Source: a virus | Strand: one strand, 5' to 3' | Length of the DNA stretch: 64,000 nucleotides | Virus genome (UHGV): UHGV-0072281 | Shown: one piece after another, positions 46,144 to 56,250 of the stretch | How the letters are laid out: each line of letters begins with the position of its first letter | Numbering within the stretch: position 1 is the stretch's first letter | Program-made: the position numbers and the translations under genes | Notes under the pieces: model-generated | Seen by the model: the letters and a program-made list of their open reading frames with translations, nothing else | Told to the model about the DNA's origin: nothing | Databases searched by the model: none

Positions 46144-47655
46144 ATGAAGAACGTTGATGTTGCTGTACTTTATACCGACGGTAGCCATTTAACCTCACCG
46201 ATGGGAACAGGCGGTGGGATTCACGGCTACCTGTTTAACAAGGAAGAGATTGTTGACGGTGGCGTTTATCGCCACCCTACCATTCCCGAAGGGATTACGA
46301 CCTCTGGTTATCGTCAGATTAACAAAGAGGAAAAACTTCCTGCGTTACCAGACTCCGTTGAGTTTGTGGACTGCGTTATTCCAGTACCGAAACACCACCA
46401 CTCCGATGTTGCAGAGATTGTTGCTTTTTTAACCGTTTTCGAAAAAGCACCATTCGTTGCAAAAAACTACGTTATCTATATCGACGCGTCTTACGTTGTG
46501 AATACGTTTAACGATTGGATTGACGGTTGGGCTAAGCGGGACTGGCGACGGGCTGATGGAACCCCTATCGCGAACCTTGAGCTGGTTCAACGGATGTGGG
46601 AAATTAAGAAACGTCTGAAGAGAGAAGGGAAAGGGATTCGTGTTCTTAAAATCAAAGGACACTCTGGTCACTACGGTAACGAACGAGCTGACGGGCTGGC
46701 ACGAAAAGGATCATCCATCTCTGCGCACGGAGAAGGTTTAGATTATCAGGCGTACTGGTCAGCAGATGAAATCCCGGAAGAACAGCAGGAAGAAATCGTC
46801 AGTGAAGGCGTTAACGTTGCCGCGTTTCCTGATATTTGCGTAACTAAGTTCTGTTACCCGATGGTAAATGAGCAGCACCCTACAGTTAAAGTAAACGGTG
46901 AAAATCTCTATTACATGTTCGGGGGTAACCACGCAAAACAGAAGGACGATATTGTCTTCGTTGGGAAATACATTCCTGATGCGCAGTTTTGTGTGATGTT
47001 TACACGTGAGCCGTGGACGAACGTTTACGATTTGGTTAACACCCACGCTGCTAAAGCCTGGGAGGGCGTACCACGTTTGCGTCAGTTTGACCCTATCGCT
47101 GTTGTGTTCAACCTGTTCGTAAAACGTAAGAAGTTTGCGGAAGCAGCGGCTAACGGTATCCCGGTTGACAAAATGCACTTTAGCGAAGACAAAAACCTGT
47201 GGATGTACGAAGACTTGTCTATCAGTCGTATTCTGCGTCCCGCGTTATTGTCATACCGCTGCGTAACCATTCGTGATGAACTGGCAGAGTGGCTGCGTGA
47301 CTGTTTGGAAGGCAAATCGAACGTTGTCTTAAATGACATTACCGATTTGCTTTATGACGAAAAAGGTAAACCCACCAAAGACTTTTACCGAAACGTGGAT
47401 AAAGGGTTTGACGTTTCCATTAAAATTCCTAACGGGAAGGTTGACGTTAAAACTATTCTGACGCGTGCTATCGACATACCGACACGTACGGAAATCAACC
47501 GTATTAAAGAACCAAACGGGCGATTCTACATTGCTGTACGTCGTCCAGAACGTCAGTATATTGAATACGCGTTAGTGTATATCGGTGAGAAGTATCATGG
47601 TCTGTGGTGTGGTTATTATTCAAACAAACGAATATTGACCGATAAGGAACTTTGA
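46144..47655 (+). CDS. RNase HI-domain protein with ~330-aa C-terminal extension
   Basis: 503 aa; N-terminal VAVLYTDGS ... KGHSGHYGNERADGLARKG matches RNase HI catalytic signatures; C-terminal two-thirds unassigned. Confidence 0.7.
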   Translation: MKNVDVAVLYTDGSHLTSPMGTGGGIHGYLFNKEEIVDGGVYRHPTIPEGITTSGYRQINKEEKLPALPDSVEFVDCVIPVPKHHHSDVAEIVAFLTVFEKAPFVAKNYVIYIDASYVVNTFNDWIDGWAKRDWRRADGTPIANLELVQRMWEIKKRLKREGKGIRVLKIKGHSGHYGNERADGLARKGSSISAHGEGLDYQAYWSADEIPEEQQEEIVSEGVNVAAFPDICVTKFCYPMVNEQHPTVKVNGENLYYMFGGNHAKQKDDIVFVGKYIPDAQFCVMFTREPWTNVYDLVNTHAAKAWEGVPRLRQFDPIAVVFNLFVKRKKFAEAAANGIPVDKMHFSEDKNLWMYEDLSISRILRPALLSYRCVTIRDELAEWLRDCLEGKSNVVLNDITDLLYDEKGKPTKDFYRNVDKGFDVSIKIPNGKVDVKTILTRAIDIPTRTEINRIKEPNGRFYIAVRRPERQYIEYALVYIGEKYHGLWCGYYSNKRILTDKEL

Positions 47656-48323
47656 TGCTGATTGTTTTTAGTCAAGCGTTATCGATGGCACCGAGTTATA
47701 TCCAGATACGCTTTTCAGCAATTGCGCGTCAGCAGTGGGGCTTTAAAGCCCCCTATTCTGACGATCACTATACACTCGGTGAAGTAGCACTTGAACTTGC
47801 TTTACGTTCATTGTGGGAAATCATTGCATTATACAATGCAGGTTGTGATATACCGAAAGATTGTTTCCCACAGCGGGTGATTGCACAAAGCACTACGAAC
47901 ACTTACGGTAATCCGGCATTGGTAGAAGAGTGCTTAGGCTACGCTAACCAATCCGGGGAACTGCAACACAACTTTAATCTGGTGATTAACAAAGTCTGGA
48001 GTGAGTTGGAAAGCTACCCTGAAAAGATTATCTGGTTTGATCGTAACCAATTCGTTAAGGAGGCGGCCAGTAAACGACCCGTACGTTTAGTTGCCTTAAA
48101 GCCCACCGACCTTGATTTGAAACAAACGTATCCCTTCCCGGAAGAAATTCGACTTTCTCCAGAAACCGTAGGACACACTATTTTCAAACAAGGTGACGCC
48201 TGGATACTTCCTCACGATCTAGACCGTTTCCTGCTCAACTCCGATCAGATTCACTCCGGCTATGATTCTCTCGTGAAAGAGTTTCACATCGATCCCTATT
48301 TCGCTAAAAATTTTCTTAGATAG
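47655..48323 (+). CDS. hypothetical protein
   Basis: ATG 47655 overlapping TGA of previous gene (TGATG). Confidence 0.55.
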   Translation: MLIVFSQALSMAPSYIQIRFSAIARQQWGFKAPYSDDHYTLGEVALELALRSLWEIIALYNAGCDIPKDCFPQRVIAQSTTNTYGNPALVEECLGYANQSGELQHNFNLVINKVWSELESYPEKIIWFDRNQFVKEAASKRPVRLVALKPTDLDLKQTYPFPEEIRLSPETVGHTIFKQGDAWILPHDLDRFLLNSDQIHSGYDSLVKEFHIDPYFAKNFLR

Positions 48324-48338
48324 ATATTATTCAGGTGT
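48323..48338 (+). promoter_or_regulatory. AGATATTAT motif overlapping stop codon of gene 47655..48323
   Basis: tagatattattcaggtg, upstream of gene 48361. Confidence 0.25.
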
Positions 48339-48360
48339 AGAACCCTCGGAGTTAATCACC

Positions 48361-49098
48361 ATGTTGAAAGTTTATGTCCCTCAATTACAACGTATTAATC
48401 CCTCGTTGTTCGAGGGATTCTTTTATAAATTTTGGCCACAATACTTCAATGAACATTTGAAGGACCCGAGGTGGTCAACCGCACAAGGAGAATTCTTTTA
48501 TACCGCACAGACTGCCTGCACAAACGTCTTTACTCGTCTCATCGCTGAGGTTATTGACGCTGTCAACACCAACCGAAACTTTGACCTTCGTGACGTCGTA
48601 ATAGATCTCTCAGCGATCTTCGATAACTACGATTGCGATGACGCAGTATTCGAACATTTCTCCTCTGAAGATGTGTGGGAGGCCGTTTATCAATGGCTAG
48701 AATACTACGTGAATTTTCTACTTTCCTCGAACATGTTAGAAAATTACAATAAAGCACTCTTTCCCATTTATAACGACTTAGTGAACGTTAAACTGACAAA
48801 GAATCTCGTTGGTTTTTGGTATTCGACCTACGACGCTGAAAGCAGATTGTGGGAAAAAGAAATGATCGCTTACGGCATCGAGCGCGGCGATTATGATGAA
48901 TTATATCGATGTTATTGGCCGTTCAATCATTACGAAAAAGGGTGTCAAGGCGATCCGTATTTGTGGTCTTTTTATTTCTGTAATCAGACTGGTGTTATTT
49001 ATCTTGAAGACACCGGTGTACGAATCCCTAACGGTACTGATGTAACATACTGCCAATTACGTAAAGACCGGGCTGACGCCATTTATCAGGATTATTAA
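48361..49098 (+). CDS. hypothetical protein
   Basis: 245 aa; GGAG SD. Confidence 0.6.
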   Translation: MLKVYVPQLQRINPSLFEGFFYKFWPQYFNEHLKDPRWSTAQGEFFYTAQTACTNVFTRLIAEVIDAVNTNRNFDLRDVVIDLSAIFDNYDCDDAVFEHFSSEDVWEAVYQWLEYYVNFLLSSNMLENYNKALFPIYNDLVNVKLTKNLVGFWYSTYDAESRLWEKEMIAYGIERGDYDELYRCYWPFNHYEKGCQGDPYLWSFYFCNQTGVIYLEDTGVRIPNGTDVTYCQLRKDRADAIYQDY

Positions 49099-49099
49099 C

Positions 49100-49642
49100 A
49101 TGAAATTACTTATCGATTTTTCCCTGAGTTTGTCACGCGACAGGCTAAATAAAATACTTACTGAAATGCGAAGTAAAGTGACGTTAGAATTGCACGATGC
49201 GATAGCGGTATACGAGAGAAAGCTAACGAAAGAGAACAACGGGGAGACCGTGGTGATCTTAGACGCTAAAGCGATGGTGGATTTTCTGGTGGACGTTTTA
49301 GAAAGGCGGATACACGCAGTGATAGAACGACCCTACCTGGTTCGTGTAACCGACCCAGACACTACGGTAGATTCGATACTGGAAAAAGCATTCGTTGACG
49401 CAGCACACTATTTACAAAATCATTCCCCGGACGATTTCGAAACGATTTACGTTGGTGTTATACAGCAACAGAATGCTGAAACCAATATAGTCGATACTGT
49501 GTGTTGGAGCGATATTCTTACTAATGAAACCATGTCTCGCATTCGAGATATCTTTATTGAAAATTTGGCATTAGTAAAAAGGGTGTGTAGTTCCGAGATT
49601 ATTTATTTATCATCGAAATACGAAAAATCTAAAGGAGTATAA
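49100..49642 (+). CDS. hypothetical protein
   Basis: 180 aa; AGGA SD; 1-nt gap to previous stop. Confidence 0.6.
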   Translation: MKLLIDFSLSLSRDRLNKILTEMRSKVTLELHDAIAVYERKLTKENNGETVVILDAKAMVDFLVDVLERRIHAVIERPYLVRVTDPDTTVDSILEKAFVDAAHYLQNHSPDDFETIYVGVIQQQNAETNIVDTVCWSDILTNETMSRIRDIFIENLALVKRVCSSEIIYLSSKYEKSKGV

Positions 49643-49644
49643 TC

Positions 49645-50169
49645 GTGGATATTTTAATTCAACTTCGTAAGAAAACAACCGTCGTTACACCGATTGGGTT
49701 AGAGGAGAAAATCTCTGGCGCGGTTGCACGCAAGCTCTGTGGTGCTCACGGCTTTAGCAGTCATCAGGAACAGGTCGTTACTGCCGCCACATTACACAAC
49801 TTACGACACACAGTACATTACTGTCTAGTTGACAATGTTACTATCACTATTGATGGCGACGCAACTGCTGACCAACTGCGTCGTGAAATTGACCACAAAA
49901 TCGGCGTTTATAAAAGACGTTTCGATCGCGCCTGCGCACGTTTAACTGACGACGAAGCACTATGGAAACGTTTGAAACTTGAAATTGAGTACGCGGCACA
50001 ACGTTACGGGATTGGCGGTACCGAACCGTTGCTGACTGAACAAGAAATCATGTTAGCAATTGAAGTTTACATCACCGTTTGTCTCGCTATCCTGAAAGAG
50101 ACCAACTACGAAATTACAAAAGCGTTGTTAAACACCGCAGATGGACTATCCCCAATTTTAGGACAGTAA
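49645..50169 (+). CDS. hypothetical protein
   Basis: 174 aa with GTG start after CTAAAGGAG. Confidence 0.55.
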   Translation: MDILIQLRKKTTVVTPIGLEEKISGAVARKLCGAHGFSSHQEQVVTAATLHNLRHTVHYCLVDNVTITIDGDATADQLRREIDHKIGVYKRRFDRACARLTDDEALWKRLKLEIEYAAQRYGIGGTEPLLTEQEIMLAIEVYITVCLAILKETNYEITKALLNTADGLSPILGQ

Positions 50170-50170
50170 A

Positions 50171-50656
50171 ATGAACGTAAACGCAATCATTAATCTTTCT
50201 AATAGCGATATTATCCACGAGTTTCTAAACCACTGCGATCGGACGGAACAATCTATCCGTAACATGTTGGCACCGAAAACTGTGGATGCTATCTGGATGG
50301 CTTCGCAAGTAGCGAGTGTTGTTGCGGGCAGATATCGCGTATCCTTAGTGATGTGTCTGGACAATTTCTTCAACCAACCGGGACGTATTACCCAGACAGG
50401 TATCGGTAGAAGACTTTATGATGTTCGCATCGGAGCTTTCCATTCGATGATCACCGACTGGCACAACGGATACATGCCTGGTGCAATTATACCGTATACC
50501 GAACCAGAATGGCGTCGCTTTTATAGCCAAATCTTGGGTAATGAAAGCACGATTCATGAGATGATGACTATTATCAGTGCTGACCAAAGCCAACTTGCAT
50601 ACCAGCTATGGGAGTGGCTAAAAGCTAATTATCCTGATTACGTCAAAATCGACTAA
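50171..50656 (+). CDS. hypothetical protein
   Basis: 161 aa; followed by hairpin. Confidence 0.55.
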   Translation: MNVNAIINLSNSDIIHEFLNHCDRTEQSIRNMLAPKTVDAIWMASQVASVVAGRYRVSLVMCLDNFFNQPGRITQTGIGRRLYDVRIGAFHSMITDWHNGYMPGAIIPYTEPEWRRFYSQILGNESTIHEMMTIISADQSQLAYQLWEWLKANYPDYVKID

Positions 50657-50662
50657 TACACA

Positions 50663-50693
50663 CCCTAGCTTCGGCTAGGGTTACTTTATATTT
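50663..50693 (+). terminator. possible intrinsic terminator
   Basis: ccctagc-ttcg-gctaggg then ttactttatattt; interrupted U-tract. Confidence 0.45.
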
Positions 50694-50715
50694 AACCATT
50701 TTAGGAGAATATACC

Positions 50716-51648
50716 ATGTATTTGTACAAAAGTAAAAAAGTAAAAGGTATTAAAGACTGCCTTAGACAAATGGGGAGTCAGCATCTAGAAAATGTCATGG
50801 AAGAAAATCAAACAAAAGAAAATCCTGTCTCGAAATGGATAAAAAAGAATCGTAATCATCTAACCAATAGCTTTATACCGTATAATGAAGATTTAGGTCT
50901 CAAAGATCCACGTTCCCTTCACGCTCAAACATTGGCAATTGGATGGCTATACGGTGGTTCTTCCTTAATATCCGATCGAGCACTTAGAGAACTTGTTTTT
51001 GAGACTGAGATGCCCAGTAAATTCCCTGAAGAGTGGTTAGACTTTATACCTACTTGGACTGTAGCAATCGATGTAGGTAAAGAAGATGAGACTTTCTTTC
51101 TCGGCTATCGAAAAAATGGGAAGAGAAGGTTTATTATAATTGCTACAAATACTGATTACGGGTTAACAGAAGGCGTTACCACGATTGCCACTTGTTCGTT
51201 AGAGCTTCGTAGTGCAGGAAACGGACTTGTGGAAATCGACTATGCCGACGGTGTGGAGAACGAACAAGAAAAGATGCTATGGTTATCTCTGGCCAAAGCC
51301 GCCACATCGATGATATTTCTGTGCACCCTAATCCCACCTAATCTCAAAGCGTCTTACAATGACGTTAAGTTCAAAGAAATCAAAAAGAACGGCAGTATTA
51401 GCTACGAAGTCAAACCACGTGAACGTGATGTTAAAGTGGATATCACACCAGGACAAGTAAAATATCTGAAAGGATTCAACACCGACTTGAAAGCCATGCA
51501 AGGTATCAAACACGCTAAAGCTGCGCACATTCGTCGTGCCCACTGGCGTAGATACTGGGTTGGCCCAAGAAACGGTGAAAGAAAAAGAAAACTTTGCTGG
51601 ATTCCACCGACATTTGTTCGCGGCTACGTACCCCACACGCAAGACTAG
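50716..51648 (+). CDS. hypothetical protein, paralog family D member 1
   Basis: 310 aa; AGGAG SD; C-terminal AAHIRRAHWRRYWVGP...WIPPTFVRGY shared with next gene. Confidence 0.6.
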   Translation: MYLYKSKKVKGIKDCLRQMGSQHLENVMEENQTKENPVSKWIKKNRNHLTNSFIPYNEDLGLKDPRSLHAQTLAIGWLYGGSSLISDRALRELVFETEMPSKFPEEWLDFIPTWTVAIDVGKEDETFFLGYRKNGKRRFIIIATNTDYGLTEGVTTIATCSLELRSAGNGLVEIDYADGVENEQEKMLWLSLAKAATSMIFLCTLIPPNLKASYNDVKFKEIKKNGSISYEVKPRERDVKVDITPGQVKYLKGFNTDLKAMQGIKHAKAAHIRRAHWRRYWVGPRNGERKRKLCWIPPTFVRGYVPHTQD

Positions 51649-51658
51649 GAGAATTATA

Positions 51659-52543
51659 ATGTTAAGACGCAGAATTTATGGAGACACGCTTCGACGTATT
51701 AGTGAAGCTATAGAGACTGCACACAAAGACTTGTTTGGTCTGAAAGAAGATCGTTTTCTAACGTTTGTCAGGGAACACAAGAGGCAACTTCCCGTAACCT
51801 TTCTGCCCGTTAACGACCCAACGTACCGTGTGTTCGGCACCACCAAACAGGTGCCGTATTCTATCCGTCAATCGTTAGGTTTGGGCTGGCAATACGCAGG
51901 TATTGAAATTATCTCTGATAACGAGTTGATGGCGTTACTTGCAGACACTGAACGTTTAACGGATATTCCGTACGCGTGGATTGAAGCCATCCCTTCGTTC
52001 ACCTTTTCCGTGACTGTCAAGATTAACGAACTTCCTGCTACACTCTTTATCGGTCGTCGTAAATTCGAAGGTGAAGAAGTATTGTTCGTTTTACGATGGG
52101 TGGAGATAAATCAGCGGCACTGTTGGACAACCAAGATTTATCGGTTCAACAGAAAGGCAGATGACTTTGTTAGTTTAGAGCCTTACTTTGCTAACGAGTC
52201 AAAGGACGAGGAACTTCTGGATGAGGTACATATCGGTTTATATCTTTCCTCGCGGGTGAAGAAATCAGAACGCGAGCGACGGGAATACCGTGGTAGAACG
52301 ACACGTTACGTACCTGATACAGAAATCCTTCCACGCAGAGAACCTGTCGTTGTTGACGTAAGTCCAGTACAACGCGAAGACTTAGAGAAACAACGCAGGG
52401 AAGGCAGGAGAATCTGTTTAACGCCGCATCGCGCAGCACACATACGCAGGGCACATTGGAAACGGGTCTGGTGTGGGCCAATGACAGGCCCACGCTGGCA
52501 GGAGTGGCGATGGATTGCACCCGCCTTTATTTCCGGATTTTAG
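51659..52543 (+). CDS. hypothetical protein, paralog family D member 2
   Basis: ORF 51536..52543; start moved to ATG 51659 after TAGGAGAA; C-terminal AAHIRRAHWKRVWCGP...WIAPAFISGF. Confidence 0.6.
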   Translation: MLRRRIYGDTLRRISEAIETAHKDLFGLKEDRFLTFVREHKRQLPVTFLPVNDPTYRVFGTTKQVPYSIRQSLGLGWQYAGIEIISDNELMALLADTERLTDIPYAWIEAIPSFTFSVTVKINELPATLFIGRRKFEGEEVLFVLRWVEINQRHCWTTKIYRFNRKADDFVSLEPYFANESKDEELLDEVHIGLYLSSRVKKSERERREYRGRTTRYVPDTEILPRREPVVVDVSPVQREDLEKQRREGRRICLTPHRAAHIRRAHWKRVWCGPMTGPRWQEWRWIAPAFISGF

Positions 52544-52560
52544 CGTGAAAATAAAGATTA

Positions 52561-52606
52561 CCCCTAGACCTTGTGGTCTAGGGGTAGCTTTTACTTTTTA
52601 TTTTTT
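52561..52606. terminator. bidirectional intrinsic terminator
   Basis: cccctagacc-ttgt-ggtctagggg then long T-rich run; A-rich on the other side. Confidence 0.65.
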
Positions 52607-53353
52607 GTTTGCCTTCAGAGCTTTCAGGCGTTCAGCCGTCACGTTCAGACATTCAATCAATTCGTTCACCTGTTTCATGAACAAACCAAACAGTTCAACC
52701 CAATCGGATGCAAAGTCTAACATCGCTGTCAGTTCTTTTGCCACGTTAGGATGAATGTTTTGTTCAGACAGAATCGTTGCAGAGGCTTTAATAGACTCGA
52801 TGGATTTGTCGATGTTCGTACGAAGTTTCTTCGTGATTTCAACGTTCAGTGCTTTTGCGCGGTTAAACGCAATATCGATCTCCGTAGCACTGTGGTACGT
52901 TTTCTCAATCGGGCGCTGGTCAATAACGTTGTTGGTGTAAGACTTAGCCAACTGGTTAACCAGGTCTTTCGGATTCACGTTACGTAACGGAATGTTAACG
53001 TTTTTATAACGGAAACCGATAGGTAATGACAGTACGCCCACATCATGTGTAAGGGCGGAAAGTTGCAACTCAACAGGTAAAAGGACACCGTCGTAGATCT
53101 TCTGTAGGGAACTCCACACCGATTCTAAGCGGTTAATGTGATCCATTACATAGGTATTGAAGCCTGGCGGTACAATAACCAACATGCCTGCAAAGTGTAA
53201 GAATTTTTCCTGTTGCATCCACTTGGAAACGTCTGACATGTCGTCGTAAGTGGTTAATGCAATCTCTTGTTGAGGGCCACTGAACCCTTTGGGTAAGATT
53301 GCAGACGCTTTAGCGGCAAAGCTAGTTAACGCTGCAAGTGGATTTACGTTCAT
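52598..53353 (-). CDS. hypothetical protein
   Basis: 251 aa; GAGGT SD; lone minus-strand gene in a plus-strand region. Confidence 0.6.
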   Translation of the reverse strand: MNVNPLAALTSFAAKASAILPKGFSGPQQEIALTTYDDMSDVSKWMQQEKFLHFAGMLVIVPPGFNTYVMDHINRLESVWSSLQKIYDGVLLPVELQLSALTHDVGVLSLPIGFRYKNVNIPLRNVNPKDLVNQLAKSYTNNVIDQRPIEKTYHSATEIDIAFNRAKALNVEITKKLRTNIDKSIESIKASATILSEQNIHPNVAKELTAMLDFASDWVELFGLFMKQVNELIECLNVTAERLKALKANKK

Positions 53354-53450
53354 TTAAAACCTCGGATTATAAGTCAGGGTTACATAGTAAAGTCTTTTTA
53401 CAGTTCATCCTGAACTTATGACCGAGATTATCTCACAAAGGTAAAGCTCG

Positions 53451-53750
53451 ATGAAAATCAAATTACTGACTCGAAACACCACGCCTCGTCTGGAACCGGA
53501 AATCTATCTTACCCCGGTGAAAAAAGACAAAGAAGGTAAGCCTATTCAAGTAGGTAAGATTCTTAGCGTGACCTCTTTACCTAACGGTAAGCGCGTGATG
53601 GAATTAGAAATCGACGAGCGCAACAAACGTCGTTTCGAGTCTATTGAGAACCCCTATCCTGAAAAATCGGAAGAAGTCACCGAGTGGGCAGAGACCTACT
53701 TTGAATTCTGGCACAAACGTCGCCTTCTTCTTCCGACCAAGAATCGTTAA
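53451..53750 (+). CDS. hypothetical protein
   Basis: 99 aa; AAGGTAAAG SD. Confidence 0.55.
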   Translation: MKIKLLTRNTTPRLEPEIYLTPVKKDKEGKPIQVGKILSVTSLPNGKRVMELEIDERNKRRFESIENPYPEKSEEVTEWAETYFEFWHKRRLLLPTKNR

Positions 53751-53765
53751 TTATTGGAGCGCTAA

Positions 53766-55262
53766 ATGGCAGGCCCAACTAAGCAAGTTATCGGTGAAGT
53801 AATTCGTCCTCGTTTTAACGTTTATACCATCATGGACCACGCCTTAGGCAACTACGAAAGAGGCGAAGATGGTTTATACTACCTTAACGGTGGTTTTGCC
53901 CACATCATGGGTTTCGCGGGTCGTGGTAACACCTTCAAATCCACACTGTTGGATTTCTGTATCTTCCAAATCCTGCAACGCTATAAAGCAGAGTGGGGTT
54001 CGAAATACGATACCGAAGTGTCTGCTGCCCTCGATCGCTTAGAGACCGGTTATATTTCTGCCATGCACGCCAACGGTATTGACGATGGAACTTCGGTACT
54101 GGAACTTATTCACGAAGGTCGTTATAACCTCGTTGGTTCTGACGTGATGCCCGGGGAACAGTATTACAGTGACTATATTCGTGATGAAGTGGAAAAACGC
54201 TTCAAGCAGTATATGTCTGGTAAAACGCGTGTAACGCCGTTCCTTGACCCGGTTCGTCGTAAGCAAAAAGAAATCCTTGACCCGTGGCTGTATTCTATCG
54301 ACTCCCTGTCGGAGTGGCACTCGTCTTCTCTGGAAGACAAGCACGCTAAAACGGATATCGGTGATTCCGATCAGAACATCCTCAACGCCCACGACGCCTT
54401 ACAGAAATCGAACATGATGAGCCGTTGGCCGTCTGCGTTTGCCCGTGGTGGTTTCTACATGGGCTTTGTTGCACAGATGGCCGATGACTCCGGTAAGGCG
54501 ATGGCGGGCGGTCGTCAAGGGCAGAAAGCAAACGCGAAACTGCTGGACGATGCGAACGACGATCTCAAATTCGCAGGGATTCCTCGTCGTCAGTTAAGCT
54601 TCCTGACTAACTCGTTTATTGTTGCGACAAAATCAGGCGAGCTGAAAAAAGACCAGAGTTATAACGCCCAGACCGGTGTTAACGAAGAACTTTACCCAAC
54701 CGCACGTTCAAAAGCCATGAACGCATCGGTTAACGACCTGAAAGTTATCACCTTTACGCAGTACCGTGCTAAAGGTGGACACACGGGTGTGAAGTTCCAG
54801 ATGATCTTCTCGCAAGAGATGGGTCTACTGTACCACCTGAGCCTGTGGCATTACCTGAGTGACACTCTGAAAAAATCCGAATTTGGATTTACATCCAGCG
54901 GTAGCGGTGGTTCCATTAAAGAACTCCAGATTCTTCCTGGAGTTAAATTCCAGCGTACGACGATTCGCGACATGATCGACGATAACCCGAAACTGCGTCG
55001 GGCGTTAGAAATCACGGCCGCGATTGCGTACATGCAGAACAACTACCATCGTTTAGAGGTTAAATACCACCTCACGATGGAAGAAATCTACAAACTCATT
55101 GATGAAAAATGGGATTGGAATGAGATTCTGGAGAACACCGTAGAATACTGGATGTTTAAAGACCAAGAAACGAAAGGTGGTAAACGCACGTTAACTGCCC
55201 GTACGATTCTGGGTATGGTCGTGGACGGCCTGGAACCGAAGTTCCTCACCAAAAAGAAATAA
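53766..55262 (+). CDS. putative RecA/UvsX-like recombination ATPase (divergent)
   Basis: 498 aa; TGGAG SD; GFAGRGNTFKST and later LYSIDSL resemble UvsX Walker A (AGPSKSFKS) and FIDSLGNL as remembered; longer than UvsX. Confidence 0.4.
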   Translation: MAGPTKQVIGEVIRPRFNVYTIMDHALGNYERGEDGLYYLNGGFAHIMGFAGRGNTFKSTLLDFCIFQILQRYKAEWGSKYDTEVSAALDRLETGYISAMHANGIDDGTSVLELIHEGRYNLVGSDVMPGEQYYSDYIRDEVEKRFKQYMSGKTRVTPFLDPVRRKQKEILDPWLYSIDSLSEWHSSSLEDKHAKTDIGDSDQNILNAHDALQKSNMMSRWPSAFARGGFYMGFVAQMADDSGKAMAGGRQGQKANAKLLDDANDDLKFAGIPRRQLSFLTNSFIVATKSGELKKDQSYNAQTGVNEELYPTARSKAMNASVNDLKVITFTQYRAKGGHTGVKFQMIFSQEMGLLYHLSLWHYLSDTLKKSEFGFTSSGSGGSIKELQILPGVKFQRTTIRDMIDDNPKLRRALEITAAIAYMQNNYHRLEVKYHLTMEEIYKLIDEKWDWNEILENTVEYWMFKDQETKGGKRTLTARTILGMVVDGLEPKFLTKKK

Positions 55263-55307
55263 AAGCGTTAGGGTAGGGGATTACCCTACCCTAGCTAAGG
55301 AGTCGTT

Positions 55308-55607
55308 ATGCGTTATCAAACGGAGATTGTGGAGCGCTTAAGCGAAGGTTTAGCCAGCGTCAGTCTGGAAACAGCAGCGGCATTTCGTGAGACTTTCGCT
55401 ACTTTCTTTCCCGATCGTGAATCTTTTTGTTTAAAGGTCGGTGAATATTATTCCAAGTTACTCGAACACTACGGTTACCCGCCGGTGAAATTCGACGTAC
55501 CTGAAAACACCGACGACATCAGTTATTGGATTGAAACCCTCGAAGCAGGGACACTTTCCAACTTGCGTAAGGCGGTAGAAAATGAAACTCGATCCAGCGC
55601 GGCGTAA
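55308..55607 (+). CDS. hypothetical protein
   Basis: 99 aa; AAGGAG SD. Confidence 0.55.
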   Translation: MRYQTEIVERLSEGLASVSLETAAAFRETFATFFPDRESFCLKVGEYYSKLLEHYGYPPVKFDVPENTDDISYWIETLEAGTLSNLRKAVENETRSSAA

Positions 55608-56250
55608 AAAAGCAGAAGCTTACGCCTTACAAATCTTAAACCTGGTTGACCCCTCTGGGATTAACGCAGAGGCAGCAAAGAAAGCTTTTGCTCGAATGAC
55701 AGACGAACAGTTTAATCGTCTTCGTGAAGGGCTACCGATTTACAACCCGGTTGGCAGTAAAGTTAAAATAGACCACATGCGAAACGTTGAGCTATGTCGC
55801 GTTTTAGGTCTGAACCTGGAACAGCGGTTGTGGTTAACTGAGCCGAAAACGGGTGTTTTCCATCGTACCCGCTACCCACATCTGGTATTGCGCTTGCCTG
55901 CGCGTCGACAAACGCAGATGCAAGAAAAGAAAATGGCAGTAGCGAAGAACGACAAAGTTCGTGATAAACTCTCCGGTCAGGTTGTGGGTCCTTCTAAAGC
56001 ATCAGGTGTATCTTTCCCAGAAGCGTACATCATGTACTCGGATGGCCACGACTGGACACTGAAAGAGTTTCTGTGGGCGCGTGGGGGTAACGAAGCGTTA
56101 CAACGTGCGTTCTATCAATCGTTACGTCAAACCGGTAAGGGACGTATTGACCTACCAGGGGCAGAACGTACCAGTTCAAAAGCAACACGTACCTGGTCTG
56201 CGTATCTGAAAGCGATGCACATTGGTAACAACATAGGCCATCCGTCATGA
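55582..56250 (+). CDS. hypothetical protein
   Basis: 222 aa; overlaps previous gene by 26 nt; weak SD. Confidence 0.5.
   Translation: MKLDPARRKKAEAYALQILNLVDPSGINAEAAKKAFARMTDEQFNRLREGLPIYNPVGSKVKIDHMRNVELCRVLGLNLEQRLWLTEPKTGVFHRTRYPHLVLRLPARRQTQMQEKKMAVAKNDKVRDKLSGQVVGPSKASGVSFPEAYIMYSDGHDWTLKEFLWARGGNEALQRAFYQSLRQTGKGRIDLPGAERTSSKATRTWSAYLKAMHIGNNIGHPS

Noticed and set aside
53354-53450. Perfect TATAAT on the minus strand ~12 nt upstream of the ATG of gene 52598..53353
   Set aside because: A transcript starting downstream of this hexamer would lack the SD; no acceptable -35; probably coincidental.
55263-55300. Stem-loop tagggtagggg...ccctaccct before gene 55308
   Set aside because: No U-tract follows and the SD comes immediately after; likely an RNA structure or degenerate member of the CCCTAC stem family, not a terminator.
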